Shown: positions 11,188-21,836 of the stretch, in pieces
Layout of the letters: every line of letters starts with the position of its first letter
Position numbering within the stretch: position 1 is the stretch's first letter
Made by a program: the position numbers and the translations under genes
Notes under the pieces: generated by a model
What the model saw: only the letters and a program-made list of their open reading frames with translations
Databases searched by the model: none
Told to the model about the DNA's origin: nothing
Source: a virus
Taxonomy: Duplodnaviria > Caudoviricetes
IMG/VR virus record: IMGVR_UViG_3300028591_000101
Location: 90,403 to 154,402 of that record
Direction: 5' to 3' (one strand)
DNA length: 64,000 nt

Positions 11188-13059
11188 ATGAAAACATTTA
11201 AGATTACAAAAAAAACAAACGAACCCGTAATTACTGTCCCAATTGATAAAGTTTATTATCAGTTGATATCAAGTGGTGCGGATATGTGCCTTGCTGTTAA
11301 CAAAAAAGTATCTTTTGAATTAAGCGAGGGAAGCAAAATACGTTTTACAAAATACGCAAGTGGTAATTCTGGTGAGATGATAACTGTATGTGAGGACGAT
11401 GCGGTTATTAAAAAGATAGTTGATTCCGGGGATTATAGATATTGTTATTTTGATTATATTTTCATAAAGCCCTATACGGTTGAATCTTTTCTTAAGATAA
11501 ACAGTGTGGATGGGTATAAATACAAATTTTACTTTACAACAGATGTCACAATGGCACCTGGTGATTTCTTATGCTATAACTCGTATAAATTATATGTAAA
11601 AAAGAACAACGGCGATATAGTCTATTTTGGTGACCTTGCGCAATGTTATCCGGATGAAATAACCGCCGGACAAGACATAAACGATATCGGAGGATATTGT
11701 TGTGATGACGAAAAAGAGCGTTTTAATTACGAAACGATGGAAAAAAACAGCGTATTGGCAAAAATAAGCGGGATAACCAAAGGCCAGCAGTTCACTCCAT
11801 CCCCAGGAGACCAAGTTCTATTCGCAACAAATCCATATTATTTTAGTCTAAGCGACGGTAAAAGGGTAAATACATTCGGCGACGGATGCAATCCGGGGAG
11901 CGATGTTGTTGTCTCAAAGTATACAAATTACATGGGGCTAGGTATTTCCATTGATGAGGATTATGACGCTAAGAGAATGTTTCAGGAGTATCAGGTAAAT
12001 GATTTGTTTATAAAGAAAATTAAAAACAGCATAATACCAGATTTCATTGACCTTGAAAAAGTTAAATATGCTCCGGCGTTCTTTAAAGAATATAAATCCG
12101 GGACAACCGAAGATGATGAAACGACTTTCAATGAGCTTGAGTTGGCAACCGGTCTTACATTTAACCTGCATTTCCGTTCAAGAAACATGCTAAGCGAGCT
12201 TGAAACCGGTTCAAAATACGAATTTGAAGACGTTTGGCATGTTGATGATGCGACTGAAACATGGAATGGGAATGGATTAAATAGGAACGGCAGTTTTGAT
12301 TTGAAGTACAAGGAAGATTTTTACACTACCGCACAAGAAGAATTTTTGAACTCATCAAATCTTATAGGGTATCTTGGCTTCACAGATGATGATATATACA
12401 ACCAGAAAAACAGGGTAAAACAAACATTCATACGTCTTTCATTTTATGATGATGACAACCCGCTGACCCAGAATTTGCTTTATTATTCTACGATATTTTT
12501 AGATAGTGGCGAATTGTATGGAAAGTTTGTGAAGAGAAAGGCCGAGCTTCTTGACGCGAATGAAAATCACAATTTTTTGGAGTTTCCAGTAGTGTGGTCA
12601 CCGGCGTCAGAAAACTACAATTCAAGTGCTGTCACAACACAAATTACGGTCAATGACGAATATGACATATCAAAGTCCGGAGAGGGATTTAATCTGTATC
12701 TTTTTAGACAGGACGCACCCATTGAAAACTACCCGCAGGATATTTATATGAAAATAGAGTTTAACCATGCCGGAAACGGAAGAACAGTACCTCTCATTTT
12801 CTGGAGAAAGCAGTCAGATGGTATGGGCGGTACGGTTGACATACCGGTTGACCTAACAATTGAGAATTACCTTAAAAACCTTTATATTAAGGTAAGGATT
12901 TCGTTAACGGATAGGGGGTATGTATACAGTTTCCCAGATGCTGTTGCGGCTGATAATGAAGAAATGGGTGGAAGGCGAAATGGTATCGTGTGGGAAAACG
13001 ACAGATTAGTGTTTAACCTTTTTGAACCTATGATAACTCCGGACAATTTTGAAGACTAA
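11188..13059 (+). CDS. Virion structural protein
   Basis: 623 aa ORF, 1 nt after previous stop. Confidence 0.6.
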   Translation: MKTFKITKKTNEPVITVPIDKVYYQLISSGADMCLAVNKKVSFELSEGSKIRFTKYASGNSGEMITVCEDDAVIKKIVDSGDYRYCYFDYIFIKPYTVESFLKINSVDGYKYKFYFTTDVTMAPGDFLCYNSYKLYVKKNNGDIVYFGDLAQCYPDEITAGQDINDIGGYCCDDEKERFNYETMEKNSVLAKISGITKGQQFTPSPGDQVLFATNPYYFSLSDGKRVNTFGDGCNPGSDVVVSKYTNYMGLGISIDEDYDAKRMFQEYQVNDLFIKKIKNSIIPDFIDLEKVKYAPAFFKEYKSGTTEDDETTFNELELATGLTFNLHFRSRNMLSELETGSKYEFEDVWHVDDATETWNGNGLNRNGSFDLKYKEDFYTTAQEEFLNSSNLIGYLGFTDDDIYNQKNRVKQTFIRLSFYDDDNPLTQNLLYYSTIFLDSGELYGKFVKRKAELLDANENHNFLEFPVVWSPASENYNSSAVTTQITVNDEYDISKSGEGFNLYLFRQDAPIENYPQDIYMKIEFNHAGNGRTVPLIFWRKQSDGMGGTVDIPVDLTIENYLKNLYIKVRISLTDRGYVYSFPDAVAADNEEMGGRRNGIVWENDRLVFNLFEPMITPDNFED

Positions 13060-13067
13060 GGACCAAT

Positions 13068-15089
13068 ATGGATTATATAAAGAAGATAATATGCATTGAG
13101 GATGCCAGGACTAGAACGCAGGGAATAATGCCTTACTATGAATTTGGTAAGGAATATGACCAGCATGTTACTGGCTGCTCTAGCATTACTTCGCTTAATT
13201 TGGAGATTGCATCCGGGGATAATGGAAACTGGGGCCAATTTGTCGCCAATCCTTGTTTTCTTTCAAACAAAGGTAAGTCATACGAAGCGATGCTCCAAAA
13301 ATATTATGATATCTTGAATATCGTCCGTAATGGTATCAAGCTTCGTAAAGTTCAGTATAAAGAGGATGATATAATCTTTACTGAAGACCTTGATGCTTTT
13401 TCGTACAACAATAACAGCAATTGCTTTTCTGGCGGTACGGATATTGATTTGTATGATTTAGCTGCCCGCCCGTCCAGCTGTTTTTATTCAACAGAAATTC
13501 ATAGTTTGCGAGATGGTGCAGAACGGGTATACAAATCAAATGAAATACTTTCTGACCAATATGTTGTTCTTATTGATGATTATGATTCATTCCAGAAACT
13601 TGCAAGCTATCTAGATGGTACTGATTACGAGCCACATACTAACGAACAAAAGAAATGGTCAGCATATTGCAAACAAGTTGACGAGTTTATAGGAAGACTT
13701 AGCGTACCGGCAAGTGTTTACAACAAGCATCTTAAAGTGCCTAAAGTGATGGCGTACTCCGATGTTAAAAGCTATCGTGACTGGCTTGCGAACTACCGCA
13801 CTCTTTCCGCAGACTGTTGCAACATGAAATTGTGGGAGGACCGTGGTGGACAAGATATGCTTGATTTCCTTAACGGAAAGATAGGTGATGTCAATCGTGC
13901 CATAAACTGGGTGAATAGTTTGAGCTATTCCGTTCCATGCATTGAAATGCCGCTCTTAATTAGCCAAAATTTTACCGATGTTGGTACTTTGACCAATATA
14001 GATGGAACTGAATATGTTGAAAATTATGTAGAAGGAAGTGGTGACGGGAAGAGGCCACACGGACACGGAAACCAAGAGAGGGCTTTCACTATTGACCAAA
14101 TTTCCATTACGGGAGAAAGAAAACGTTACCCAAAAACCGGAGAAGGCTCAATAGAAGTTGAATCGTTACTTAAAACGTTAAGAACTCGCAAAAAGTATAT
14201 GGATGACGATGATAATGTTCTCCCTGGTCTTTTTCAGAGTTTTAATAACCCTTCTGGTGTCTTTGTACACTGCACTAAATCTGGCGGAAATTGGAGTGTT
14301 TCTGAATGCGGTGGGTCCGGGCTGTTAAATGGTGATGGAAAAACAAGCGCAGAATTGGCGAACACAAATTACTATCGCTCGGTAACAACTAAAGCCTCAG
14401 CAAAACGAATTTCGGAAGTTTATGATGAGGAGCCAGGAAACCCAGCCGCAACAAGTTTTTATTTTAGAGTAAAATATGACAACAGCGAAGATACTCACAT
14501 GACAATTCCGTATGCTGTAGGAAATGTCACAAATGTCTACCTGGTTGATGAGGATACAAATCTTTATAGAGGTGATTTTATAATCGGTTTGACCGCAACG
14601 TCGGTGTATGTTGACGTAAATTATGTGATTGGCGGGTATTTTATTGGAACCGATATGGGTGAATATGTGTCGTACAGTGGAGGGGGTGATGTTTACTATG
14701 AAAGGCGCACGCTTGATAACAAACATGTTGATTATGTAAATCTTGATGGTGTTGACAATGTTCCAATATGGAGTGACTATATTGACTTTGAAAGCGACGC
14801 AAAGGAATTCTATAGTCCGAGGTATAACCTTTATAGAACCGGAACGACGGCAAATATAATTGAAACATCAACGGCGGAGATATGGAACGAAGACTATGCT
14901 TTTGATGCTTATCTTGCGAAAGAAGATTATTTGACTAATTTTTCAAATTTTCCAAAGGTTGATGTAAATGTAACGATAGATAGAGGTGGTGTGTCGGCCT
15001 TTGAGAGGCACTATAAATTAACAGAATGTAATACAATGCAGGACCTTGAAACATACGGAAATGGGTGGTTTCTTCCTGACAATCAATAA
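13068..15089 (+). CDS. Virion structural protein
   Basis: 673 aa ORF in operon. Confidence 0.6.
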   Translation: MDYIKKIICIEDARTRTQGIMPYYEFGKEYDQHVTGCSSITSLNLEIASGDNGNWGQFVANPCFLSNKGKSYEAMLQKYYDILNIVRNGIKLRKVQYKEDDIIFTEDLDAFSYNNNSNCFSGGTDIDLYDLAARPSSCFYSTEIHSLRDGAERVYKSNEILSDQYVVLIDDYDSFQKLASYLDGTDYEPHTNEQKKWSAYCKQVDEFIGRLSVPASVYNKHLKVPKVMAYSDVKSYRDWLANYRTLSADCCNMKLWEDRGGQDMLDFLNGKIGDVNRAINWVNSLSYSVPCIEMPLLISQNFTDVGTLTNIDGTEYVENYVEGSGDGKRPHGHGNQERAFTIDQISITGERKRYPKTGEGSIEVESLLKTLRTRKKYMDDDDNVLPGLFQSFNNPSGVFVHCTKSGGNWSVSECGGSGLLNGDGKTSAELANTNYYRSVTTKASAKRISEVYDEEPGNPAATSFYFRVKYDNSEDTHMTIPYAVGNVTNVYLVDEDTNLYRGDFIIGLTATSVYVDVNYVIGGYFIGTDMGEYVSYSGGGDVYYERRTLDNKHVDYVNLDGVDNVPIWSDYIDFESDAKEFYSPRYNLYRTGTTANIIETSTAEIWNEDYAFDAYLAKEDYLTNFSNFPKVDVNVTIDRGGVSAFERHYKLTECNTMQDLETYGNGWFLPDNQ

Positions 15090-15108
15090 ATTAAAAAGCT
15101 TTTAAACA

Positions 15109-15993
15109 ATGAGCGGACTTTATGGAACAATAAGAGGGGCTAAGATAGACCCAAGCAAAGATGCAGAAATATTTTACTTCTATAGACCGAATAGAAGTAC
15201 CACCAACGAGGATTTTACGCAATTTAAGAAATTGTCCTCAACGCTTCTTGTACCTTCAACAACAGAAGTATCAAATGGGGTTGAAAATGTCCTTCCGGGT
15301 ATGTTCAATTTAAAACTTCCGCTTGATACATTCAATGATACCGGAATATACACCGTTTATATTCGTCCGAAAGAGTGTATAACGCATCTCCAGGATGTAA
15401 GTGTCCTTGCTGATTATCCCGAAATAAGGGGAATTGTAGTGAATAAGGGGGCTGTTGACGGTGTTACTGACCTTACAGGTTATAGAATTGAATATTTTGA
15501 TGCCACGACGGGAACCAGAACTGACAGAGCTTTCATCATAACGTCATGTAATTTCTGCAAGCCTGTATGGGTTACGGTAACGGATAGTGTCAATATTCCA
15601 AGAAGGTATCAATACACAGATAGTTCATCTAATTTGTTGTTTTGTACATTAACCCCTTGCTCATATGGCAATTATAGCCCAAATGTTGCACCAAGCATAG
15701 GTACAGGCGTTGAAGAGAAGGACCTTGTAGCCATCATTAATACGAAGTTCAGCCCGGTCATGATAGAAATTGAAATGGTTGAGCATGATGCGGAGACAAT
15801 TACGACAATGCTTGAGGGTGATACAATCATGGACCACGACAATGCAATTATGACGCACTACAATGAAAATAAAGAAATCTACCAGCAGTATGATTTCTAT
15901 GAGCAAAAGAATACGCTTGGTGAGCCAATGTATTCAGTTAAGAGAAAAAGGGAAAATATTGACAGTAGTGAAGATTACGATAATATTGTTTAA
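15109..15993 (+). CDS. Virion structural protein
   Basis: 294 aa ORF in operon. Confidence 0.6.
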   Translation: MSGLYGTIRGAKIDPSKDAEIFYFYRPNRSTTNEDFTQFKKLSSTLLVPSTTEVSNGVENVLPGMFNLKLPLDTFNDTGIYTVYIRPKECITHLQDVSVLADYPEIRGIVVNKGAVDGVTDLTGYRIEYFDATTGTRTDRAFIITSCNFCKPVWVTVTDSVNIPRRYQYTDSSSNLLFCTLTPCSYGNYSPNVAPSIGTGVEEKDLVAIINTKFSPVMIEIEMVEHDAETITTMLEGDTIMDHDNAIMTHYNENKEIYQQYDFYEQKNTLGEPMYSVKRKRENIDSSEDYDNIV

Positions 15994-15998
15994 GGATT

Positions 15999-18900
15999 AT
16001 GGGAAGATTTATAACAACAAAAGCCGATTTCACATTACGCAGGAAGCATAAGAAGGGTTCCGGCGTGACGATTTATGAGAACGACTATACAACCATAAAT
16101 CCGATGCCGAACGCTCTTAAGGGCGAATACGTAATAGGCGATTCAAATTTTGTGTTCACGTCCAGACTCGGTATAAATGCCCAGAAAAAACATTCAAGGG
16201 GTAAATTTATACCGAACCCGAGCAATGTAACGGCAGATAATGGGGCGTGGACATTAGACAATATTATAGATAGCGGAATCAGTGAAGACACCAAAATCAG
16301 GCTTAAGCCAAACTATACGTCATTAAAAGATTTTGCGTTATATGGTTCTGCAATAAAGCTTATCCAGGGAACAGTTAATGGTATAATTACTGATTTCCCG
16401 GCGGAGTTATGGTTTTCAAAAGAAGAAATCAACATATATCCGTCTAACAATGGTGTTGGCTATTCATTTAATGAGTGGGATGAAGCAAACGACGAAGTAT
16501 GGGATACGGGTGTCACAAGTACCGAAAAACTATTATTCAATGAATACGGAATAGATATCCTGAGTAAGAATCTTCAGCCGAACAGTGTTTATAACCCATT
16601 GAGATTTTTCTCCTTATGTGGTTCAAGCTATACATTGATTACTGTTGACGAGAGTGGTAAAACTACCGGAGAATACGAATTTACCGGATTTGAAGTAGAA
16701 GATACGTCTCTCGGCGAGTGTTATCAAGGTAAGAATGTTGAGGTTGACAAGATAGCCGTCATCAAAATGTTCTTCACTACAAAAGTAATCTTCATAAACG
16801 TATATAAGGATTATACAGACGGGGTTGTCTATTATACATACGTACCAGGAGACATTGTTGACGTTGGTGTTATCGGCGATTTGGTCCAAAAGTTACCGGC
16901 TGGTACTGAGTTTGTTACCGTATACGGCAATTTAGTACAAGCGAATTCATCAAATACGATAAGCGTAAGGGTTCTCGCCGCGTTAGCTCAACAGAATGAA
17001 GGTGGTGAAGGAATAGGTGTTTCCGTAACGTTAACACAACAGCAAGCTGTACTTGGAGCAGTTCGCTCCCTCGTTTTTGGGGCCAATCCTCAGCAGCAGG
17101 AAAACCATGAGTTTGAAGAGCTTATAGGAGCACACATAAGGCCGAAAGAGAAATTGATTGAGGAATATTTCCGTACATGTGATGATTTCACAGCTGTACT
17201 TCTTGAGCGTTCAACCAAGCCGATTTATAAGGCAGTATTTGAAACGCCAAAAGAAGTTGAAACGGGGTATTCATATACGATGGAAAGTTATATCTGGCCT
17301 TCACTCAATGGCGGATATAACCCAGACCTTTCTGGTCCATATTATACGTATTTGGAATCATTGATGAACCTCGCCGAATATTATGACGACTTTTTCAGTG
17401 ATAATATGTGGAGGTCACTCACCCATGAAGCAATAAAGACCCTTGATTGGACTTACACTTCAAACAAAAATGGCGAGATTGAAGAGTTAGAGCAGATAGA
17501 CACGTCAAGGATTGAGCCGATTGTAAAATTGTATGGTCGTCAGTTTGATGACCTGAAACGCTATATTGATGGAATAAAGAGAATCAATACGGTCACCTAT
17601 AACCAAAAGGCCAATACGCCAGACTATCATCTGACAGACCTTCTGGAAATTTCAGGGTGGGAGACAAAAATAATCAAACTTACCGGAAACAAAGACCTGA
17701 TAACGGATTCACTATATCCAGCGCTCACATCCGGTTATACTGAAAGTGACGCAAGCAATGAATTTTTGCGTCGTTTGAAGCTTAACTCAAGATATCTTTT
17801 CTCAATAAAGGGTACGAGGGGTGGATTAGATGCAATGCTTGGCCTGTTAGGTTTTAAGCCAAATGAATATGATATACATGAATATATCTATGTTGTAAGT
17901 GGAAGAAGCAGCCAATATACAAAATTCTGCAGTGATACTAAAAACTTACCAGTTGAGGATTTGCCAGCATTTCCTCTCGCAAAGGATGTTTCAACGATAA
18001 ACAAGTACAAGATAAATTTTAATATCAATGACCCATATGGGGAGTATTGCGGTATACCGGTCGCAGAAGTTGGTTATTTCGTTGAGGATGCTTCCGCCCC
18101 AAATGGGTTCTGGGATTATTCCTATGTAATTCCTTGGTATTCACAAAAGAAGAAATATGATGACGGCCTTTATTTCCAGATGAATGGTGGCTGGGGAAAT
18201 AGAAAACGTAAAAAGATAGACCTTGGAATTGCCCCGAATGTTAAGGAAATAACGGAAACCGATACTGTAAAAATTTATGGCGAGACACAAGCCAGAATGA
18301 GATTTGCAAAGGATTTTGACGAGCTTTTGCAACAGGCTTATGCTTCATCAAAGCTTCGTGATGTAATCTATGTGACTGACATATCAAAAATTGAAACAGC
18401 TTATACGAAGGGTATTGGTGAGGTGCTTTCTGACGCGTCGCACTATTTTGTACTTGAGGATAAGAACTTGTATCAGTTCCTAGGATACAATAGTGCATCA
18501 AGAACCTACGGATGGCGAAGCATAAGGAACAGTGAAATACAAACCCCGAATTCTGCCGGAACGCTGGTGTTATATCTTGAATCAATAAAAGATGACACGA
18601 CCGGGAATAACCCACATGTAGGAAATGGATTGTATGATGGCGGCGCCTCTTATGTAGAAAGTATTACGGATATTTTTGGGTATTCATTGATTAACCATAA
18701 TTTCATGGGGATAGACGACAAATCATGTGATAAAATCAGAAAGTATACTTTTGACAAAGTAAGACAGGAAGACAATCGAAAATGTTGGTTCTTTTCTGAT
18801 GATTACAACACGAGCAGGGGTAAATACGGAGAAAGGATAACTTTAAAAGAGGTTGAAGTTACAAGTGGAAGATGTGATGATTCTGTTTTCTATGACCCAG

Positions 18901-19853
18901 AATCTGCCCTAGGGGATAACGGCACAACAAATATAAACCAGGACTTAAATATAGGTGTTGATGCTAGGCCACATTTTAAGGAGGATACGGTTGAAGTATA
19001 TACAAGAGGCAGTTATGCATCAGCTTTCAATCCGGAGCCAAATGGGGCAATAAACGGGGAAGCTGCTGCAAATTCAATAGTCAATGTCAAAAACATGGTA
19101 ATCAATTTTAATCTTGAAGCCATGGAACTAAGCTCTTTGAGTGGGCAAATGATTGATTACATTGATGAGATTGTTATTCCGTATTTGACACAAATGATAC
19201 CGTCAACAACAATTTTATCGTGGTCATTTAATGGGGATAATGGTGGTGGTAGTACAACAAGAAGATACTTGGCATTAACACCGCCATCGTCAACGGCGTT
19301 AAATTCTGAAACGATAAAACTTACTCCGATTCTTCATACCGTAGTTGGTGGTGTAGAAACGACAAGCGTGGTCGGCACAAATGCATGGAGAAGTAGCAAT
19401 CCACAGATAATGGTTGCACGGGGAATATGTAGTACGAACGCTAATGAACAGGTTACAGCAACAATAACCGCAACATACGATGGGTTGTCTGCATCAGCAC
19501 ATGTAACATTTGTTCCAGACACACAAAAAGTTGATGTTGAGATTTTAGGGCTGCTTGAACAGAAGAACGATGAGAATGTTTTTGTACTTGTAACGGGAGC
19601 CTTAACACAGAACCAGAGTATATCAATTAACGATGAAGAGATATATGTTGATGGTGAACTTGAGCAAGAGGCATCCACCGACCCAGAGCCAGAAGCTGAG
19701 ATTTTTGTTGAAGGTGTTTTGGTTCAGGAGGATGATTGGCCTGAACCGGAAGAGGAGATTTACGTTGAAGGCGATTTGACTCAGGAAGAAGACCCTACTG
19801 AGGTGGAAAATATTAATGTAAACGGAACGTTAACCCAAGTTAATGGGAATTAA
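15999..19853 (+). CDS. Baseplate wedge/tail protein (gp7/P2-I-like motif) with acidic C-terminal repeats
   Basis: EFLRRLKLNSRYLFSIKGTRGGLDAMLGLLG motif; Ig-like domain; six [IV]xVxGxLxQ-like repeats at C-terminus. Confidence 0.6.
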   Translation: MGRFITTKADFTLRRKHKKGSGVTIYENDYTTINPMPNALKGEYVIGDSNFVFTSRLGINAQKKHSRGKFIPNPSNVTADNGAWTLDNIIDSGISEDTKIRLKPNYTSLKDFALYGSAIKLIQGTVNGIITDFPAELWFSKEEINIYPSNNGVGYSFNEWDEANDEVWDTGVTSTEKLLFNEYGIDILSKNLQPNSVYNPLRFFSLCGSSYTLITVDESGKTTGEYEFTGFEVEDTSLGECYQGKNVEVDKIAVIKMFFTTKVIFINVYKDYTDGVVYYTYVPGDIVDVGVIGDLVQKLPAGTEFVTVYGNLVQANSSNTISVRVLAALAQQNEGGEGIGVSVTLTQQQAVLGAVRSLVFGANPQQQENHEFEELIGAHIRPKEKLIEEYFRTCDDFTAVLLERSTKPIYKAVFETPKEVETGYSYTMESYIWPSLNGGYNPDLSGPYYTYLESLMNLAEYYDDFFSDNMWRSLTHEAIKTLDWTYTSNKNGEIEELEQIDTSRIEPIVKLYGRQFDDLKRYIDGIKRINTVTYNQKANTPDYHLTDLLEISGWETKIIKLTGNKDLITDSLYPALTSGYTESDASNEFLRRLKLNSRYLFSIKGTRGGLDAMLGLLGFKPNEYDIHEYIYVVSGRSSQYTKFCSDTKNLPVEDLPAFPLAKDVSTINKYKINFNINDPYGEYCGIPVAEVGYFVEDASAPNGFWDYSYVIPWYSQKKKYDDGLYFQMNGGWGNRKRKKIDLGIAPNVKEITETDTVKIYGETQARMRFAKDFDELLQQAYASSKLRDVIYVTDISKIETAYTKGIGEVLSDASHYFVLEDKNLYQFLGYNSASRTYGWRSIRNSEIQTPNSAGTLVLYLESIKDDTTGNNPHVGNGLYDGGASYVESITDIFGYSLINHNFMGIDDKSCDKIRKYTFDKVRQEDNRKCWFFSDDYNTSRGKYGERITLKEVEVTSGRCDDSVFYDPESALGDNGTTNINQDLNIGVDARPHFKEDTVEVYTRGSYASAFNPEPNGAINGEAAANSIVNVKNMVINFNLEAMELSSLSGQMIDYIDEIVIPYLTQMIPSTTILSWSFNGDNGGGSTTRRYLALTPPSSTALNSETIKLTPILHTVVGGVETTSVVGTNAWRSSNPQIMVARGICSTNANEQVTATITATYDGLSASAHVTFVPDTQKVDVEILGLLEQKNDENVFVLVTGALTQNQSISINDEEIYVDGELEQEASTDPEPEAEIFVEGVLVQEDDWPEPEEEIYVEGDLTQEEDPTEVENINVNGTLTQVNGN

Positions 19854-19884
19854 AAATATTTATAAGATATAAAAAGAGATAAAA

Positions 19885-21774
19885 ATGGCATCATCTTTAT
19901 CACAAAACAGGCAAGGAAAATGGAAATTGGCGATTAAACATAGCAAGGCTGGCGTGACCATCCCTGCTAAGTTTACATATAATGGAATTCCGGTAGCATT
20001 CAGTATGACAAGTACGAAGAAAGAGATTGATACGGGATGGCGGACAGAACTCGGCACTTCTATTGATTTCTTAAATGAAGTTACTAGGGAATACACCCCG
20101 GTAACGAAAGATGGAATAAGATACATCGTCCACAAACCGGAAAATATGAGTATTATTCCATACCCGACAGGTGATGATAGTGGGGATACGCCATATCTTA
20201 CCACAGAACTTCATCCGAGCACAGTAGAATCTGGTGGAGGCCAGGTTAGTTTAATTATTTCAAGTAACGTCTCATGGGAAATTAGTGACGATGCCGGTTA
20301 TTTGTCGTATAGTAAAACGCAAGGCTCAAATACTGATACAGTAACAATAGGGGTTCCAGCATATACAAATACTGGAACGGACAGGACAATTGTCATTACA
20401 GTTATTGGCTCGAACGGTTCAACTGACCAACAAATGATAACGCAGAAAAAAGCTTACGATGATGGTGGGGGAGACGACCCAGGACCAGGTCCAGATGACC
20501 CAGGAACTGATGCAGACTACACTCTAAGCATCACTACAGGTGGATACAGGTCAAGCGGTAGTTATTGCCCTGGTTTGAGAGGGCTTTTTGCTGACAGTAA
20601 GCTTACAAGCGAGGAAAGAGAAGATATTAAGATAGACCCGACATCTTGGGTTGTAACGAAGAGACGGTTCAATCAGTCATCCTCGGCGGTTACGGTCGTC
20701 GTAAGTAACTCTGTAAACGATTCGGATAGAGATGGTTGTGAGTTTTGGATTTGTAGTGAACGTTACGATGGCGTTGTTGAAATACACAATGGGAACGGAA
20801 GATTAAATATACACGGGTACGGTTTCAAGAACAATATTGTCAATGACGGCTATTCTCTCTTGTATATAAATATTTCTGCAACGACTATGGGTGGAAAGCA
20901 TGTAAGTACCCAGATATCACTTAAAGGTAAAGAATACTCGTTTATTGACGACGGGCAGTCCGAACCTTCTGTCTGTCCTCAAACCGGTGGAGTCCTGGAG
21001 TATACATTCTGGTACGATAATATTGATGAGAGCACCTTTGGGTATACGGATTTGTCCGCCGGGATTTCAGACATCACGCTTATTTCAAGCGGTATACCTT
21101 ATTCTAACCCAGCGGCCGGGACTTCGTACTATCAAGGTAAACTGGCTGTGACTCTTACGGCAAACCAGGCTAGTTCGTCTGAGGGTTATGAGGGCTCTCG
21201 GTACAAGTATTTTACGATAACAGGGATGTCTACGTTGGATACCACAGAAGAACACTCTTGTAGGTGCATGGTAGTACAAGAGCCTTACTCGTATGCTAGT
21301 TTCCCTTATAGTAACACCTCTGAATATGATACATATGACCCAAATACGTCTAGTGGTTTGTTAATAATTCCTTTAAGCGGTCTTAATATAAATAATTTTA
21401 CTTATAGATTTTGTGACCACCTTTCAACTAAGACTAGGCCTATTTACATTGATGATGATGCTACAATAGAAACTGTAGTCAAGGAAGACAATACGACGTA
21501 TAATAACGAAATTACATTCAGTGAAGCAATACCTATCAGTCTGGAGTATGGCTCTGTTATAATCAATGGCAAACAGATAAATGGTTATTACCTAACAATT
21601 GAGAACCAAGCGTGGAGAATATACGATACTCATGGAGGTAAACTTATCGAATTAACGTTCTATGATAATGCCGGAAATTCTTGGAAAGATGGTTTATGTA
21701 TAGAGAAATCTTGGAGGGAAGATGGGTCAGTATCATATATAACCTACCGTGGATATTCACACGGTTGGTATTGA
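19885..21774 (+). CDS. BACON-domain adhesin-like virion protein
   Basis: ISSNVSWEIS...NTGTDRTIVITV BACON signature; N-terminal ~85 aa shared with next gene. Confidence 0.6.
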   Translation: MASSLSQNRQGKWKLAIKHSKAGVTIPAKFTYNGIPVAFSMTSTKKEIDTGWRTELGTSIDFLNEVTREYTPVTKDGIRYIVHKPENMSIIPYPTGDDSGDTPYLTTELHPSTVESGGGQVSLIISSNVSWEISDDAGYLSYSKTQGSNTDTVTIGVPAYTNTGTDRTIVITVIGSNGSTDQQMITQKKAYDDGGGDDPGPGPDDPGTDADYTLSITTGGYRSSGSYCPGLRGLFADSKLTSEEREDIKIDPTSWVVTKRRFNQSSSAVTVVVSNSVNDSDRDGCEFWICSERYDGVVEIHNGNGRLNIHGYGFKNNIVNDGYSLLYINISATTMGGKHVSTQISLKGKEYSFIDDGQSEPSVCPQTGGVLEYTFWYDNIDESTFGYTDLSAGISDITLISSGIPYSNPAAGTSYYQGKLAVTLTANQASSSEGYEGSRYKYFTITGMSTLDTTEEHSCRCMVVQEPYSYASFPYSNTSEYDTYDPNTSSGLLIIPLSGLNINNFTYRFCDHLSTKTRPIYIDDDATIETVVKEDNTTYNNEITFSEAIPISLEYGSVIINGKQINGYYLTIENQAWRIYDTHGGKLIELTFYDNAGNSWKDGLCIEKSWREDGSVSYITYRGYSHGWY

Positions 21775-21836
21775 TTTTTGCCAAGCAATATTGACTAAAA
21801 AGAAAGCGAATAAATAAACGATAATATAACTAATAC